Under the pieces are notes generated by a model. It saw only the letters and a program-made list of their open reading frames with translations, did not search any database and had not been told where the DNA came from. Position numbers and translations under genes: made by a program. Positions 61,571 through 64,000 of a DNA stretch of 64,000 bases are shown piece after piece. Numbering within the stretch: the stretch's first letter is position 1; each line of letters begins with the position of its first letter. The DNA is from Squalus acanthias (Eukaryota). The stretch lies in NCBI GenBank assembly GCA_030390025.1, contig JASTWF010000035.1, positions 1,674,001 through 1,738,000 on the forward strand, written 5' to 3'.

Positions 61571-62604
61571 TTTGTGTCTGTCTTCACGGAAGAAGACGCT
61601 AAAAACTATATCCAAGTTTGCTGATGATACAAAGCTGGGTGGGAATGTAAGTTGTGAGGAGGATTCAAGGAGGCTTCAAGGAGATATAACAGGCTAAGTG
61701 AGTGGGCAACAACATGGCAAATGGAATATAATGTGGAGAAATGTGAAGTTATCCACTTTGGTAGGAAAAATAGAAAAGCAGAGTATTTTTTAAATGGTGA
61801 GAGATTGGGAAATGTTGGTGTTCAGAGGGACCTGGGTGTCCTTGTACACGAATCACTGAAAGTTAACATGAAGGTACAGCAAGCAATTAGGAAAGCAAAT
61901 GGTATGTTGGCCTATATTACAAGAGGATTTGAGTATAAGAGTAAAGACGTCTTACTGCAATTATATAGGACTCTGGTGAGTATTGTGTACAGTTTTGGTC
62001 TCCTTACCTAAGGAAGGATATACTTGCCATAGAGGGAGTGCAACGAAGGTTCACCAGACTGGTTCCTGGGAGGAGAGATTGAGTAGACGAGGCCTATATT
62101 CTCTAGAGTTTAGAAGAATGAGAGGTGATTTAATTGAAACATATAAAATTCTTACAGAGCTTGACAGGGTAGCTGCAGGGAAGATGTTTCCCCTGGCTGG
62201 GGAGTCCAGAACCAGGGGTCACAGTCTCAGAATAAGGGGTCGGCCATTTAGGACTGAGATGAGGAGAAATTCCTTCACTCAGAGGGTGGTGAATCTTTGG
62301 AATTCTCTACCCCAGAGGGCTGTGGAGGCTCAGTCGTTGAGTATATTCAAGACTGAGATCGATAGATTTTTGAATATTAAAGGGAAGCAAGGGATATGGG
62401 GATAGTTCAGGAAAGTGGAGTTGAGGTAGAAGATCAGCCATGATCTTATTGAATGGCGGAGCAGGCTCAAAGGGCCAAATGGCCGACCCCTGCTCCTATT
62501 TCTTATGTTCTTATGGGTATAAACACCGGCATGGACCAGTTAGGACGTGTGGCCTGTTTCTGTGCTGTAGAATCTCTGTAATTCTCCCACTCTCTCTCTG
62601 ATAG

Positions 62605-62713
62605 GTGCGACGTCTGCTGAAAGTATTTGTTATAAAATTACAAATTCACAAGGAAATGAATATGGGAACTGCGGCCAGAACAAAAATGACAAATACATAA
62701 AGTGCGAGAATAA
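62605..62713 (+). CDS. ADAM15: ADAM exon, cysteine-rich domain (absent from the ORF track)
   Basis: Pyrimidine tract plus atag acceptor and AA|gtaagt donor; 109 nt; phase 1 joins the previous exon in frame: (G)ATSAESICYKITNSQGNEYGNCGQNKNDKYIKCEN, the ADAM NxxGxxxGNCG motif. Confidence 0.85.
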
Positions 62714-62999
62714 GTAAGTTTGTCAGAAAAATCCAGCTTGTTTAGAACTGCCAGCGCGAATGCAGGAATTTTATACTAAGAGTAATTGAAAAGATTGTGC
62801 TGTTTTATATTGTTCTAAATTATGATTTAATAAATCATGTAATGAAGTATCACATGGAGAAATCAGTAACATCCGGTCACAACATCAAAGTATATTGAAC
62901 CAACAACATGGAGCCTTCCCTAGTGGCTCATTGATAACGACTCGGAGGGGTTGAATTTCCATGGCTGTTCCCGCCGATCTTACAGATGATCGGGAAAAC

Positions 63000-63112
63000 G
63001 TGTGTGTGTGTGTCTCTCTCTGTCTGTGCATATGTGTGTGTCTGTGCTTGTGTGTGTTTGTGTGTACGTGTGTGTGTATGCGTGTCTCTGTTTGTCTGTA
63101 TTTGTGTCTGTG
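63000..63112. repeat. Degenerate (TG)n microsatellite
   Basis: TG/TC dinucleotide run. Confidence 0.9.
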
Positions 63113-63448
63113 GCTCCGATATTTACTGGTGCGGGTTTTGTGAGCGGGGTGGAGGGGTTTTGGCCGCATGCTGCGTATGTTTTAACGACACACTGTGCGT
63201 CTTTTATTTCCAAGCAGGTTCATGCCCGGAAGCCAGCCTGATTGACAGGCTTGGCTTCCTGTTGGCTGTCGGGTGGGGAACACTCTGGAGGAGGTCGCAG
63301 GCCCGGAGCAGATAGGGAGGCTGTGGCTGGGTTAGTGGGGGGGGGGGGGGGGGAGGGGGGGTCTGGATCTTGTGGGGAGTGGTCACCGATCCGGGGTGGG
63401 GGATGGGTGGGTGCTGATCGTTGGGGGGGCCCAATCTCTGATCCGGGA

Positions 63449-64000
63449 GCAATCTTCCAAAATTCCCTGGATTCTGGAGAGGTCCCAGCGGATTGGAAAA
63501 CCGCAAATGTAACCCTGCTATTCAAGAAGGGAGGGATACAGAAAGCAGGAAACTATAGACCAGTTAGCCTAACATCTGTCATTGGGAAAATGCCGGAATC
63601 CATTATTAAGGAAGTAATAGCAGGACATTTAGAAAATCATAATACAATCAAGCAGAGTCAACATGGTTTTATGAAAGGGAAATCGTGTTTGACAAATTTA
63701 TTAGAGTTCTTTGAGGATATAACAAACAGGGTGATAAAGGGGAACCAGTAGATGTAGTGTATTTGGATTTCCAAAAGGCATTCGATAAGGTGCCACATAA
63801 AAGGTTACTGCACAAGATAAGAGCTCACAGAGTTGGGGGTAATATATTAGCATGGATAGAGGATTGGCTAACTAACAGAAAGCAGAGAGTCGGGATAAAT
63901 GGGTCATTTTCAGGTTGGCAAACTGTAACTAGTGGGGTGCCACAGGGATCAGTGCTGGGGCCCCAACTATTTACAATCTATATTAATGACTTGGATGAAG
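63449..64000 (+). mobile_element. CR1 RT fragment running off the window end
   Basis: [29 protein letters not shown]. Confidence 0.88.

Larger units (their letters stand above)
55090..62514 (+). mobile_element. Fragmented near full-length CR1 interrupted by two Harbinger-type elements and a minus-strand CR1 (58095-58915)
   Basis: ORF1 zinc finger and esterase pieces, EN (VYRPPNS, GDFN, SDHN), RT C-terminus, tail at about 62514. Confidence 0.85.

Noticed and set aside
62885..63315. Cys/Val-rich or His/Thr-rich ORFs
   Set aside because: Translations of a (TG)n microsatellite.

Overview
Eukaryotic, repeat-saturated vertebrate genomic DNA; the repeat repertoire suggests a cartilaginous fish (inference). 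The only host gene seen is four + strand exons (24948-25125, 36658-36750, 52740-52935, 62605-62713) of an ADAM metalloprotease-disintegrin, most like ADAM15. They are separated by 9.7-16 kb introns built almost entirely from nested mobile elements: several CR1-clade LINE families (one young family in three near-identical copies, with a complete 955-aa EN+RT ORF2), Penelope-like elements carrying minimal hammerhead ribozymes, tRNA-headed SINEs, L2 and RTE fragments, Harbinger remnants and MITEs, and two minisatellite types. The standout is a decayed, fragmented retrovirus-like LTR element on the minus strand (about 41165-51821). It has a 772-bp LTR (TGTAAG...CTTACA), a tRNA-Arg primer-binding site, a coiled-coil gag-like ORF, an integrase remnant, and a reconstructable env-like glycoprotein. 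That glycoprotein has a signal peptide, an Ig-like domain, a degenerate furin site and a heptad repeat, and looks more like an F-type class I fusion protein than a typical orthoretroviral Env. All calls were made by eye; no database searches were run.
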